Below are positions 60,575 to 60,645 of a stretch of 60,645 nucleotides of DNA, piece by piece. Under the pieces are notes generated by a model. It did no database searches. It had not been told where the DNA came from and saw only the letters and a list, made by a program, of their open reading frames with translations. Numbering within the stretch: position 1 is the first letter of the stretch; every line of letters begins with the position of its first letter. The stretch comes from Mariniblastus sp. (GTDB lineage: Bacteria > Planctomycetota > Planctomycetia > Pirellulales > Pirellulaceae), in assembly GCA_047639375.1 (NCBI GenBank), contig JBLINZ010000001.1, positions 1 to 60,645 of the forward strand, in the 5' to 3' direction. The position numbers were made by a program, and so were the translations under genes.

Positions 60575-60645
60575 GCCCGCTTCAGTTCGATCACGCCGAG
60601 GGCAATGTCATTGACGTCAGACACGGTACCAGGGCGTTTGGGATG
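60575..60645 (-). pseudogene. hsdR: decayed fragment of a type I restriction endonuclease HsdR N-terminal nuclease motif (runs off the window)
   Basis: HPKRPGTVSDVNDIALGVIELKR vs the HsdR consensus KRPDIVLYVNGIALGVIELKR; catalytic D lost; similarity ends right after. Confidence 0.45.

Overview
Chromosomal window from a planctomycete, probably Pirellulaceae-like, judged from the DUF1559 prepilin-type gene, PEP-CTERM gene, ASPIC/UnbV protein, DUF1549/DUF1553 cytochrome plus DUF1501 pair and a sulfatase. Five blocks are visible. (1) 0-13 kb: cold-shock gene, porin and a secreted/surface-protein cluster. (2) 13.4-26.1 kb: heavy-metal island with a nonsense-disrupted ArsP-like permease, a Cys-repeat periplasmic protein and an ECF sigma/Cys-rich anti-sigma/cusB/cusA operon; the last two units share a GAAGAA-N14-GCATCCAAA promoter-like motif. 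(3) 27.6-35.3 kb: a TetR gene divergent from a complete glutathione module (grx-bolA-grxD-gshA-gshB-yadGH-gloB) of proteobacterial type. (4) 35.5-60 kb: planctomycete hydrolase and transport genes mixed with IS remnants and decayed genes. (5) The top finding: the two ORFs at 45099-46265 are one reading frame split by a single in-frame TGA in a C-T-[TGA] thioredoxin-fold motif, followed by a bacterial SECIS-like hairpin. This suggests a secreted bacterial selenoprotein that resembles the catalytic region of eukaryotic selenoprotein N. No rRNA, tRNA or CRISPR array was seen. All family calls come from motif recognition by eye, not database searches.
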